Shown in pieces: positions 7,941 through 16,699 of a DNA stretch of 64,000 nucleotides. The first letter of the stretch is position 1; each line of letters starts with the position of its first letter. The notes below the pieces were generated by a model that was not told the DNA's origin, ran no database searches, and saw only the letters and a program-made list of their open reading frames with translations. The stretch is from the IMG/VR virus record IMGVR_UViG_2896164284_000005, positions 38,741 through 102,740 of that record. One strand, 5' to 3'. This stretch comes from a virus (taxonomy: Duplodnaviria; Caudoviricetes). Position numbers and translations under genes: made by a program.

Positions 7941-10109
7941 ATGTTTACCTATGGCTCAATTTGCTCTGGGATTGAAGCGGTAAGCGTGGCTTGGCAAGAA
8001 ATCGGGAAACCATTATGGTTTTCTGAAATTGAGCCCTTCCCTTGTGCTGTGCTTGCTCATCATTATCCGGATGTGCCAAATCTAGGCGATATGACCACCC
8101 TACCACAAAAAATTCTCAATCGTGAAATCCCTACTCCTGATGTTTTAGTTGGTGGAACACCTTGTTTTACAGCTGGACATATGGTTTTAACAGATAAAGG
8201 ATATATGCCAATAGAGACACTTTCTGTTGGTGACTTAGTTGTTACTCATCAAGGACGACTAAAACCCATCTTGCGTGTGGGTAGCGAAATAAAACAAGTT
8301 GGGAAATTAACGGCGGTTGGCTTGCCTGAACCAATCGTCTGTACTCCTGAACATCCTTTTTATGCTCAAAAATGGCAGACCACAAACACCAAAAAGAATG
8401 GCAAATATCATAGGAAAACTATCATTTCCGAACCCGAGTGGATTGAGGCTCATAAATTAGAAGGCTATCAATGGGTATCATTAACTGATTTCTCAGTTAT
8501 GCCTTATGGTGGTTTTCACAGCAAACTAACGGATGAAGATGTGCTTTTGATTGCTGGTTATTATCTTGGTGATGGTTGGATAAGAAGATGGAAAGGCAAA
8601 AATAAAAAAGCTGTTGTTATTTCTGTAAATAAAGAGAAATATCGGAAGTTTTCTCTTTCTTTTGCCAAGCTTTCTCATCATATTACTACCGAAAATAATT
8701 CGGTAATTAAAATCACTATTTGTGACACTGAACTTGCTGATTTTCTTTATTCGCAATTTGGTGAGAAAGCCGGCGGAAAAACTATACCGGCTTGGTGTTT
8801 ATCTCATTCTTTCAGAAGTAAAATTTTTGAAGGGTATATGATTACCGATGGCTCTTTTAGAAACGGAGTTTATACCGCAAATAGCATTTCGAAATCCCTT
8901 GCTTACGGCATTGCTGCATTATCCCAAACCTTAGGATATACCTCATCTGTTTCCAAAGTAACTGTTGCTCCGACAAAAGAAATCCAAGGAAGAATTGTCA
9001 ATCAGAATGACTATTATCAAATGCGAGCGTTCCTCCAATCGACATCAAGAAAAAGTCGCCTTGATGAAAATAGATTATTGAGAAGCGTGCAATCCTTTGA
9101 GATAACTGGAAATGAAGTTGTTTATAACATTGAGGTGGCAGATGACAACAGCTACATCTTAAATAATGCCGTTGTCCATAACTGCCAAGCATTTTCTGTT
9201 GCAGGTAAACGAGAAAGTCTTGACGACGAACGAGGAAATTTAACCTTAACTTTAATTCATATTTTGGAGGCGATTGACTATGTTAGAAAACAAGACGGGA
9301 AACAACCCTGTGTGCTTGTTTGGGAAAATGTCCCAGGTGTGCTATCCACCAAGGACAACGCTTTCGGACACTTTTTGGCTGGATTGGTTCAGGAATGTCA
9401 GCCATTACAACCACCAAGGGAAAAATGGACGGACGCTGGTTATGTGCATTCAGCGAGAACAGTTTGCTGGCGAACGCTCAATGCTCAATACTTCGGTGTT
9501 GCCCAACGTCGTAAAAGAGTGTTCCTTGTGGCAAGTGCTAGAAAACGAAGTATCGCCCAAGTACTCATTGAGTGCAAAAGCGTGCGAGGGCATTTTACGA
9601 CGAGCGAAAGTGAGAGGAAAGCTGTTACCGGATTCATTGAAACAAGCTTTGGAGCGTATCGCCAATCAGAGCAAGGTGGAACTTTAAAAGCATCAGGTGG
9701 GGTATTAAGCGGAGGAAGCGAAACCCTTATCGTTCACGGCACACAGGACCATATTGTAAATCAAAATATTGCACATTGTTTAGGGCGAAATAGCGGACAA
9801 GAGAACGTGTTATTTGACATCGCGCATCGCTCTGATGTAGTAAGAGTACAAGATACCAATACTCTCACAAGTACAGATATTCACGCTATATCCACATCTA
9901 CTCTTGTTCGTAAACTTACACCTATTGAATGTGAACGGTTGCAAGGCTTTCCTGATAACTACACGCAAATTCCTTATCGCAACAAACCGGCAGAAGATTG
10001 CCCTGATAGCCCACGTTATAAAGCTATTGGTAATTCAATGGCGGTGCCTGTAATGGAATGGATTGGGCTAAGACTACAAGATTATTTAACTATGGAGAAA
10101 ACAAAATGA
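7941..10109 (+). CDS. C5 cytosine DNA methyltransferase containing an intein
   Basis: Motif I ICSGIEA, IV GGTP|CQAFS split by intein, VI WENVPG, VIII AQRRKRVF, IX/X ERLQGFPD..YKAIGNS. Confidence 0.92.
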   Translation: MFTYGSICSGIEAVSVAWQEIGKPLWFSEIEPFPCAVLAHHYPDVPNLGDMTTLPQKILNREIPTPDVLVGGTPCFTAGHMVLTDKGYMPIETLSVGDLVVTHQGRLKPILRVGSEIKQVGKLTAVGLPEPIVCTPEHPFYAQKWQTTNTKKNGKYHRKTIISEPEWIEAHKLEGYQWVSLTDFSVMPYGGFHSKLTDEDVLLIAGYYLGDGWIRRWKGKNKKAVVISVNKEKYRKFSLSFAKLSHHITTENNSVIKITICDTELADFLYSQFGEKAGGKTIPAWCLSHSFRSKIFEGYMITDGSFRNGVYTANSISKSLAYGIAALSQTLGYTSSVSKVTVAPTKEIQGRIVNQNDYYQMRAFLQSTSRKSRLDENRLLRSVQSFEITGNEVVYNIEVADDNSYILNNAVVHNCQAFSVAGKRESLDDERGNLTLTLIHILEAIDYVRKQDGKQPCVLVWENVPGVLSTKDNAFGHFLAGLVQECQPLQPPREKWTDAGYVHSARTVCWRTLNAQYFGVAQRRKRVFLVASARKRSIAQVLIECKSVRGHFTTSESERKAVTGFIETSFGAYRQSEQGGTLKASGGVLSGGSETLIVHGTQDHIVNQNIAHCLGRNSGQENVLFDIAHRSDVVRVQDTNTLTSTDIHAISTSTLVRKLTPIECERLQGFPDNYTQIPYRNKPAEDCPDSPRYKAIGNSMAVPVMEWIGLRLQDYLTMEKTK
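8163..9182 (+). mobile_element. 340-aa intein with LAGLIDADG-type endonuclease
   Basis: Starts CFTAGHMV, block B TPEHPF, AGYYLGDG and EGYMITDG blocks, ends VYNIEV..VVHN followed by +1 Cys. Confidence 0.92.
9280..9687 (+). CDS. Nested alternate-frame ORF resembling M.EcoHK31I beta polypeptide
   Basis: GGAGG (9266-70) 9 nt before ATG 9280; GERSMLNTSVLPNVVKECSLWQVLE..KYSLSAKACEGILRRA. Confidence 0.7.
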   Translation: MLENKTGNNPVCLFGKMSQVCYPPRTTLSDTFWLDWFRNVSHYNHQGKNGRTLVMCIQREQFAGERSMLNTSVLPNVVKECSLWQVLENEVSPKYSLSAKACEGILRRAKVRGKLLPDSLKQALERIANQSKVEL

Positions 10110-10654
10110 ACCGACTTATCCAACAAATCGAACAATGGGCGGAAGACCGCAACCTGATTAAAGGCTCAACGCCACAAAAACAAATGCTTAAACTGATGGA
10201 AGAGTTTGGCGAACTCTGCGGAGGCATTGCCAAAAATAAGCCTGAAGTGATTAAAGATAGTATCGGGGATTGTTTTGTGGTTTTGGTTATTTTGGAAAAT
10301 CAGCTTTATAAATTAGGTCTAACATCGGGAATAGACTGTGCTAACTGGGAAAGTGTAATCAAAGAATACGACGATCATATACTGTATGAATTACGAAATA
10401 AAAATTTAGATAATACTTTAGAGATTATTAAAGATGTACATATGTTTATCCAAACATCTGGAAGGATTACAAAAAGTTTCTATAACGGTTATAAATTGAC
10501 GAGAGATTTACGACTTCTTGTCGGTAACTTGTATATGATCTCTTATTGGAGTGAGCAACCTTTTGAAGAAAGCATCCAACACGCCTACGACCAAATCAAA
10601 GACCGCAATGGAAAAATGATAGATGGTGTGTTTGTTAAAGAGGAAGATTTATGA
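10106..10654 (+). CDS. MazG-like nucleotide pyrophosphohydrolase
   Basis: KLMEEFGEL, DSIGD, AYDQIKDR.GKMIDGVFVKE. Confidence 0.85.
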   Translation: MNRLIQQIEQWAEDRNLIKGSTPQKQMLKLMEEFGELCGGIAKNKPEVIKDSIGDCFVVLVILENQLYKLGLTSGIDCANWESVIKEYDDHILYELRNKNLDNTLEIIKDVHMFIQTSGRITKSFYNGYKLTRDLRLLVGNLYMISYWSEQPFEESIQHAYDQIKDRNGKMIDGVFVKEEDL

Positions 10655-10983
10655 AATCAGATGAAAAGCATCCAGAATTAGTCGTATGTGCCGCAATTAA
10701 ATTCGTTAAACGAGACCAGAAAGACATCAACTTAAATCGCTGTGGTGTTGAATTTGTTATCCCTATGATTCGCCACTACTCTCCTGATGGACGAGAAATA
10801 TTAGAAACTATTCAACCTTATTCGGAAGAATGTGAATTAAAAGAAGTTGAGCAGGGTTTCATCACAAATTTCAGTCGTTTTATTGGACGAACAGAAGCAT
10901 TAGAGATAGCAAAGGCTAATAATCAAATTCGATTTGATATCGGTTATGAGCCTGAATGTCTCTATAGCGAAATGTTGTATTAA
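10651..10983 (+). CDS. Phage hypothetical protein
   Basis: VVCAAI..EQGFITN..RF..R.EA..IA..LYSE; duplicated at 62912. Confidence 0.8.
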   Translation: MKSDEKHPELVVCAAIKFVKRDQKDINLNRCGVEFVIPMIRHYSPDGREILETIQPYSEECELKEVEQGFITNFSRFIGRTEALEIAKANNQIRFDIGYEPECLYSEMLY

Positions 10984-10998
10984 CTTAGAGAAATATTT

Positions 10999-11196
10999 AT
11001 GCAATTAGAAGCAGAAAAATTTGCCAAAATTCTCTCTCATCTTCAGGGAATTTGTACAACCTTAGGCTATGAAGATATTAAATTCCTTTGTTGGCTAGAA
11101 AAAGAAGAGGGCAATATGGAATTTGTATTGGAAGATGGCAAATCAAACCAACGATTGAGTTTTATTTTACCTTTTAAAAAAGAGGCGACAAAATGA
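10999..11196 (+). CDS. Phage hypothetical protein
   Basis: Duplicated at 63260. Confidence 0.7.
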   Translation: MQLEAEKFAKILSHLQGICTTLGYEDIKFLCWLEKEEGNMEFVLEDGKSNQRLSFILPFKKEATK

Positions 11197-11495
11197 CCGA
11201 AACCATCAGCGTAAACCACCACACTTTTCAAACGCTCGCCATACAGTCATTACGCTACTGTATGGGGCGTAGAACCTTTGCCGTAATAGATTGCGTGGAG
11301 TTTATCCGTGAACATTGGCAAGACCTTACCAAACACACCAAAGCCATCATCATTCGAGATTTAGACGAGGCATTGCAATCCCACGAAGACGACCTAAGAG
11401 ACAATAGAGGATATTGCTACTTAGGCGACCAGTGCGACTACCAAAAATGGAAAAACCTAAGAAAATGGATCAACTCACAGCCTAGCGAGAGCTAG
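11193..11495 (+). CDS. Phage hypothetical protein
   Basis: LRYCMGRRT motif; duplicated at 63454. Confidence 0.75.
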   Translation: MTETISVNHHTFQTLAIQSLRYCMGRRTFAVIDCVEFIREHWQDLTKHTKAIIIRDLDEALQSHEDDLRDNRGYCYLGDQCDYQKWKNLRKWINSQPSES

Positions 11496-11517
11496 GTTTT
11501 TTATTGGAGGGGATAAA

Positions 11518-11739
11518 ATGGAAAGTGCATTTTATACACAAGATGAAATAAGAATATTAACAGGTGTAAAGTCCAAGAAAAAAACAATGTGTAAAGTATT
11601 AAAAAAACAACACATTTCATTCGTTGTAGATGTTAATGGATTTCCTGTTGTAAAAAGAGATTTTTTAACTACCACTAAAAAAACAGAAGAAAAACTAAAA
11701 CCAAAATGGCAGTCTAATGCCTTATCGCATAAAACTTGA
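11518..11739 (+). CDS. xis: Excisionase-like (DUF4224) protein
   Basis: Small basic protein T.DEIR.LTG..G.PVV directly upstream of integrase. Confidence 0.75.
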   Translation: MESAFYTQDEIRILTGVKSKKKTMCKVLKKQHISFVVDVNGFPVVKRDFLTTTKKTEEKLKPKWQSNALSHKT

Positions 11740-11755
11740 TCATGAGAGGTGAAAT

Positions 11756-12787
11756 ATGGGCAGACATAGAGAACATTACAATCAAAATTTACCTACTCAC
11801 GTTTATTGCAGAAATCGCAAACGCAAACGTACTGGTAAAGACGTTTTTTATTACTTTTATAGATTATCGAATGGAAAAGAAATAGCACTTGGTAAAGATT
11901 ACAATGAGGCATTGATAAGATGTGCTAGGTTGAATTTAGACCGAGAAAAAGAAAACGAAATTATTACATTCACTCTTGTCGCCAAACGATACACAGAAGA
12001 AGTTGTTCCGACAAAAGCATTGCATACCCAAAAATCTAATCTCAGCAGCCTTAACTTATTACACAAATTCTTTTCAGATCCGCCCGCCCCATTATCAGAG
12101 ATTGAACCTGAACATATTCGACAATTTTTAGACTGGAAACGTTCTGCGCCAACAATGGCCAATAAAGCGATTTCGCTGTTTAATACCATTTGGAATAAAG
12201 CGAGAGAATGGGGATATACAAAAGATCTCTCCCCTGTTTACGGAGTAAAAAAACATAAACAGAAAAATCGTACAAATTATGTTGAAAACTTTGTATTAGA
12301 AAAAGTGATGGAATTTGCCGACCAAAATCTAAAAGACCTTATGGAAGTTGCATATTTAACAGGTCAACGACCAGTTGATGTGGTGCAAATTCATAAAAAC
12401 CATATTTATGATGGAGTGTTACATTTTACACAGCAAAAAACAAATGCCAAAGTAAGAATGGTCATGAGTGGAAGACTGGCTGAGATTTTAACCCCTAGAC
12501 TGGAAACAACCACAAACTGGCTTTTCCACAACAAAAGAGGTGGAAAGCTAAGCCCTAATTTATTGGGATATTGGTTTAGAAACGCTAGAAAAAAAGCGAT
12601 AAACAAATATCCAGAATTAGAAAATGAATTATTGAATTTTCAGTTCAGAGATTTAAGAGCGAAAGCTGGTACAGATACTGCACTAAATAAAGGCATAGAA
12701 ACAGCAAGACAACAACTCGGCCATACATCACTACAAATGACGAGAGTTTATGTAAGACGTGACAAAGTTGTCAGCCCTACAGAATAA
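11756..12787 (+). CDS. int: Tyrosine recombinase / phage integrase
   Basis: TGQR, FRDLRAK, LGHTS.QMT.VY catalytic motifs. Confidence 0.95.
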   Translation: MGRHREHYNQNLPTHVYCRNRKRKRTGKDVFYYFYRLSNGKEIALGKDYNEALIRCARLNLDREKENEIITFTLVAKRYTEEVVPTKALHTQKSNLSSLNLLHKFFSDPPAPLSEIEPEHIRQFLDWKRSAPTMANKAISLFNTIWNKAREWGYTKDLSPVYGVKKHKQKNRTNYVENFVLEKVMEFADQNLKDLMEVAYLTGQRPVDVVQIHKNHIYDGVLHFTQQKTNAKVRMVMSGRLAEILTPRLETTTNWLFHNKRGGKLSPNLLGYWFRNARKKAINKYPELENELLNFQFRDLRAKAGTDTALNKGIETARQQLGHTSLQMTRVYVRRDKVVSPTE

Positions 12788-12793
12788 ATAATT

Positions 12794-13994
12794 TGTAGAA
12801 GATCAGACTTGATCTGACAAATCATTATAAAAATGAGAGTTTCCCGTTTAGAATATGAGTGTCTAAAATTAAATCTAAACAAAAAAGGAAACTCTCATGT
12901 TTTATTCTAACAATCCGCTCATTAAACACAAGACCGGTTTACTCAATTTAGCAGAAGAACTTGGAAACATTTCTCAAGCTTGTAAAGCGATGGGGATGAG
13001 CCGAGATACATTCTATCGCTATCAACAAGCCGTAGAGCAAGGTGGTGTTGAAGCATTACTTAATCAAACTCGTCGGGCACCGAATATCAAAAATCGAGTA
13101 GACGAGCACATTGAGCAAGCTGTTGTAAAATTTGCCCTAGATTTTCCAGCTTACGGACAAGTTCGAGTGAGTAACGAACTTCGCAAGCAAGGTGTTTTTG
13201 TTTCAGCCGGTGGTGTTCGTTCCATTTGGCTACGTCATAATCTTGCTAACTTTAAACAGCGTTTAAATGCACTAGAGAAAGAAGTAGCTGAGAAAGGCAT
13301 TATTCTAAATGAAAGTCAAGTCCAAGCCTTGGAACGTAAGAAAGAGGATGATATATCGAGTGGAGAAATTGAAACCGCTCATCCGGGCTATTTAGGTTCA
13401 CAAGATACCTTTTATGTAGGTAATTTAAAAGGTGTTGGACGCATTTATCAGCAAACATTTGTTGATACTTATAGTAAGGTTGCTTTTGCAAAGCTCTACA
13501 CAATGAAAACCGCAATTGCCGCTGCAGATATGCTCAATGATAAAGTCCTGCCGTTCTTTGAAGCCCAAGGATTACCGATGTTGCGTATTCTCACCGACCG
13601 TGGTAGTGAATATTGTGGCAAGGTGGAAAATCACGATTATGAGCTTTATTTAGCGATAAATGACATAGAGCATACTAAAACGAAAGTGAAGCATCCACAG
13701 ACGAATGGTATCTGTGAACGTTTTCATAAGACTATCTTACAAGAATTTTACCAAGTCGCATTTAGGAAGAAAATATATACGGATTTAGCGACATTACAAG
13801 CTGATTTAGATGAGTGGTTAATGTATTATAATCACCATCGAACACATCAAGGAAAAATGTGCTGTGGCAGAACACCGATGGCAACATTACTTGATGGAAA
13901 AGGGATTTGGGCAGAAAAGAATTTAAGCTCAAATTAATCTGACAGACACGGTAATTCTAAACGGGGACTGTCAGATTAGGTTTGATCTTCTACA
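12794..13994 (+). mobile_element. IS481-family insertion sequence, copy 1
   Basis: Terminal IR TGTAGAAGATCA..TGATCTTCTACA; 7-bp TSD AATAATT (12787-93/13995-14001); 1201 bp. Confidence 0.95.
12897..13937 (+). CDS. IS481-family DDE transposase
   Basis: HTH plus DDE core (SQDTF, TDRGSEY, TNGICERF). Confidence 0.95.
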   Translation: MFYSNNPLIKHKTGLLNLAEELGNISQACKAMGMSRDTFYRYQQAVEQGGVEALLNQTRRAPNIKNRVDEHIEQAVVKFALDFPAYGQVRVSNELRKQGVFVSAGGVRSIWLRHNLANFKQRLNALEKEVAEKGIILNESQVQALERKKEDDISSGEIETAHPGYLGSQDTFYVGNLKGVGRIYQQTFVDTYSKVAFAKLYTMKTAIAAADMLNDKVLPFFEAQGLPMLRILTDRGSEYCGKVENHDYELYLAINDIEHTKTKVKHPQTNGICERFHKTILQEFYQVAFRKKIYTDLATLQADLDEWLMYYNHHRTHQGKMCCGRTPMATLLDGKGIWAEKNLSSN

Positions 13995-14000
13995 AATAAT

Positions 14001-14232
14001 TTTGGAACATATTTGTTTTTTTGTGGAACGAGTTTTTATTTTCAACATCTAACTTATTGATTTATTTTGATTAAAATAATTAATCCTTTAAACTCTCAAT
14101 TTCTTTGGTAAATAAAGAGTATAGTGTATTTATGCTATCTGAGTAAATGAAAGTGTTCCTAAAAATTGCTAACAATCACTTTAAAAAACTCTTTAAAATC
14201 AATTAGAATATTTTTTATTTTGGAACACTTTC
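14001..14232. other. attP-like junction between the tandem prophages
   Basis: GGAAC arm-type repeats at ~14003, ~14024, ~14153 (inverted) and ~14221; IHF consensus AATCAATAAGTTA on minus strand at ~14050-14062; core not resolved. Confidence 0.65.
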
Positions 14233-14298
14233 AATGTTCATCTTTATAATGTGACAGGGTTTACTTTTCTATAAAGGCGGGTTAATCCGCCTTTACTT

Positions 14299-14592
14299 CT
14301 AAACCACAATATCCCCTTTCTCTTTTAAATGTCGATAAATGCGATCTAGCATGATCTGTGTCGGCGTTTTCCCCAAATCATCTTCGGTTAACGGAGCCTC
14401 TAGAATGCCTTTCGCATTTTCACTATCGATCCATTTGTAACTTTCGATAATTGGTGTGAAGTCGGTTACTTGACCTTCGCTATCTACTCCAGTGCCGATA
14501 ACGTATTTTGCATTGATTGTGCCATCATCTTGAATAGAATATGTAGCGATGGTTGAGTACATTGGGTTTAAGATTTTATTAAATGTTGTCAT
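14299..14592 (-). CDS. Phage hypothetical protein (end of late region)
   Basis: 97 aa, AAGGAG RBS. Confidence 0.75.
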   Translation of the reverse strand: MTTFNKILNPMYSTIATYSIQDDGTINAKYVIGTGVDSEGQVTDFTPIIESYKWIDSENAKGILEAPLTEDDLGKTPTQIMLDRIYRHLKEKGDIVV

Positions 14593-14778
14593 AATGGACT
14601 CCTTGTTAGTTTAGATAAAAGAAAACCCGACCATTTTGATCGGGCATTGTTAGAGATTTATGCTGTTAGTGGTTTAATTGAAAAAATATTGTAACTGCTA
14701 TCCTCCTATTTTGTATCAAGCCGCTGATTGAGTTAAATAGGCATTAAAAAACCGCCTCAAGGACGGTCTTTCTATGTT

Positions 14779-15204
14779 TTAACCCAATGACAATTTCAGC
14801 GGTTTGCCTAGGGCGATAAGGACTTTTTCAATGGCGTCAATTTTCGATCCGTAGCGTGGATTTAAAATGCGCCCGATTTCAACCGCACTTAATCCGGCTA
14901 ATTCTCCAAGGGCTTTTTTGGTTAAGCCCTGTTTGACACGCTCGTTATTGAGCAATACTTTTGCTTCGAGTTGGCTCGACATTGCGACTAGTCGTTCCCC
15001 TACTTTTGGTTCAGTGGGGTCGGGAAAATATTTGTCTTCGTCAAAATAATCTTTGACGTTACAAATCAGCAAGTCTTCAAGCATTTCATCAAGTTCAGTC
15101 AAATCTTCGCCTTGTGTTACGCCTGTGAGTTTTTCTTCGTCTGCAAAGGTTGCCCAATAACCGCCTTTTTCGTGATCGTGGATAACAGCCGGGTAATATC
15201 TCAT
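14779..15204 (-). CDS. hicB: HicB antitoxin with C-terminal HTH
   Basis: YYPAVI..GGYWATF.D..TQGE.L.E motif plus Xre-type HTH. Confidence 0.85.
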   Translation of the reverse strand: MRYYPAVIHDHEKGGYWATFADEEKLTGVTQGEDLTELDEMLEDLLICNVKDYFDEDKYFPDPTEPKVGERLVAMSSQLEAKVLLNNERVKQGLTKKALGELAGLSAVEIGRILNPRYGSKIDAIEKVLIALGKPLKLSLG

Positions 15205-15258
15205 CTTGTTTTCTCCATTATTTGAACCAGTGAAAGCCCCTCTGAGAGAGGCTTTGAG

Positions 15259-15432
15259 TTAGATCATTCCAAGTTGCTTTTTAATCGTCTTAGCCATATT
15301 TTCATCTAAGTCTTTTGAGCCTCTTGATAATCTTGATGTTTTGCCGTTGTAAGTTAGTTTGTAATGTTTTGTTCCATTCGTTACTGTTACACCGTTTGCT
15401 TCAAGCCACCGTTTAAACTCTTTGGGTTTCAC
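15259..15432 (-). CDS. hicA: HicA toxin (57 aa, not in ORF track)
   Basis: GTG start, GAGGAG RBS; MKPKEFKRWLEANGVTVTNGTKHYKL..IKKQLG; palindrome TATACG-TTTT-CGTATA upstream. Confidence 0.8.
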   Translation of the reverse strand: MKPKEFKRWLEANGVTVTNGTKHYKLTYNGKTSRLSRGSKDLDENMAKTIKKQLGMI

Positions 15433-15515
15433 TGTTTCTCCTCTGTTTGTTTAAGATTAGAATATTATATACGTTTTCGTATAATAAAAAAAGATTATTT
15501 TACGTTTTCGTTTAT

Positions 15516-16352
15516 TTAATATTTTGTTACTTTAAAAAATCGAACGTGTGTTACTCCTGGATTTACATGTGCAGTGATTTTAGATCGGTCACTATTTATT
15601 TCTAACTGCATACAACTATTAGACGCCGAAGAATGTGTCCAGCCGTTGGGGCATGTTATAGACATTTTAGTCGTATACTTTGAGTTACTTTTTAAAGTCA
15701 CAGTGCCTAAATCATCTGCATAAAATAAAAAAGAATTCTCTGTAATATAATTTCCTTTATCAAAAAAACCATAACTTTCTTTCTTCTTTTCATAAGACAA
15801 ATACGTTAAAGATAATTCACCTTTTAATTCAGTTGTTAACTTACTGTTATAAAAACCAGACTCATGTTTTAATGATATATTAATAGAATTACCATTCGGA
15901 GTTAAAGCTAAATATGTCCCCCCTAAAAAATTAAAATTGACAAACTCAGACCAAGGTTGGGTATTAAATGTTCGTGCCATCAATTTTTTGTAATTAACAT
16001 TAAAAATACCATACACTTTATATTTAGTAGGTATTGTCAGAAGTTTACTCTGACCAGGCTGTAAGTGATTATAAGGGATGTTTATTCGTTCATTATGAGA
16101 GTGAGCTATCAAGGTTTCAGGTAATTTATTTGGTATCATTGCTCCATATATCATATTCCCAACTGGGATTGGTTTAACGAAACAATAAATGCTTGAAACA
16201 GCCGCAGAGAGTAAATTAGTGATTGAATTTTCTTGAGTAAGATCAAACGCTTCTGTCGTATTTGCTTCTTCTAACCTTATGGGGATAAGAATATATTGGT
16301 GGTTTCTAGAATTACTAATAACTCTATTTCCAAGTTTAATTCCATAACTCAT
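15516..16352 (-). CDS. AT-rich tail-tip associated protein
   Basis: MSYGI start typical of genes after J; position. Confidence 0.6.
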   Translation of the reverse strand: MSYGIKLGNRVISNSRNHQYILIPIRLEEANTTEAFDLTQENSITNLLSAAVSSIYCFVKPIPVGNMIYGAMIPNKLPETLIAHSHNERINIPYNHLQPGQSKLLTIPTKYKVYGIFNVNYKKLMARTFNTQPWSEFVNFNFLGGTYLALTPNGNSINISLKHESGFYNSKLTTELKGELSLTYLSYEKKKESYGFFDKGNYITENSFLFYADDLGTVTLKSNSKYTTKMSITCPNGWTHSSASNSCMQLEINSDRSKITAHVNPGVTHVRFFKVTKY

Positions 16353-16354
16353 AA

Positions 16355-16699
16355 CTATACATCATCTTGCATTTTATTTTTTACTTGTGAAATAGTTTTA
16401 ATATCAATCATATGTTTTATTTTCATCCCATAAAAAATACTTTTTTCATTTGTAATTAAAACTGATAAGACAAAAAAGCTTGGATCTACTTCGAATTGAG
16501 GACAATCTTCAATAGTAAAGAATGAAACTCTGCCATTATTTAATTCTAAAAAATCATTAAAGGATGTATATGATGTCAATTCCACTTCACAAGTTGTATT
16601 GACGTAATCAATAGTAATTCTCGATACAAAATGAAAACTACGTTTTTCAATATCAGCTATTCCGTAATGCATAGCAATGTCATTCTCTATAAAATACAT
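16355..16699 (-). CDS. Hypothetical protein coupled to J
   Basis: Start overlaps the J stop codon. Confidence 0.65.
   Translation of the reverse strand: MYFIENDIAMHYGIADIEKRSFHFVSRITIDYVNTTCEVELTSYTSFNDFLELNNGRVSFFTIEDCPQFEVDPSFFVLSVLITNEKSIFYGMKIKHMIDIKTISQVKNKMQDDV

Larger units (their letters stand above)
10091..11739 (+). repeat. ~1.65 kb direct repeat, copy 1 (copy 2 at 62352..64000)
   Basis: Same five ORFs with only two amino-acid differences; offset 52,261 bp. Confidence 0.95.
1..14100 (+). mobile_element. Prophage A, early-left arm through integrase (partial; left part outside window)
   Basis: Co-oriented antirepressor, recombination, MTase, xis and int genes ending at an att-like AT-rich segment. 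Confidence 0.9.
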
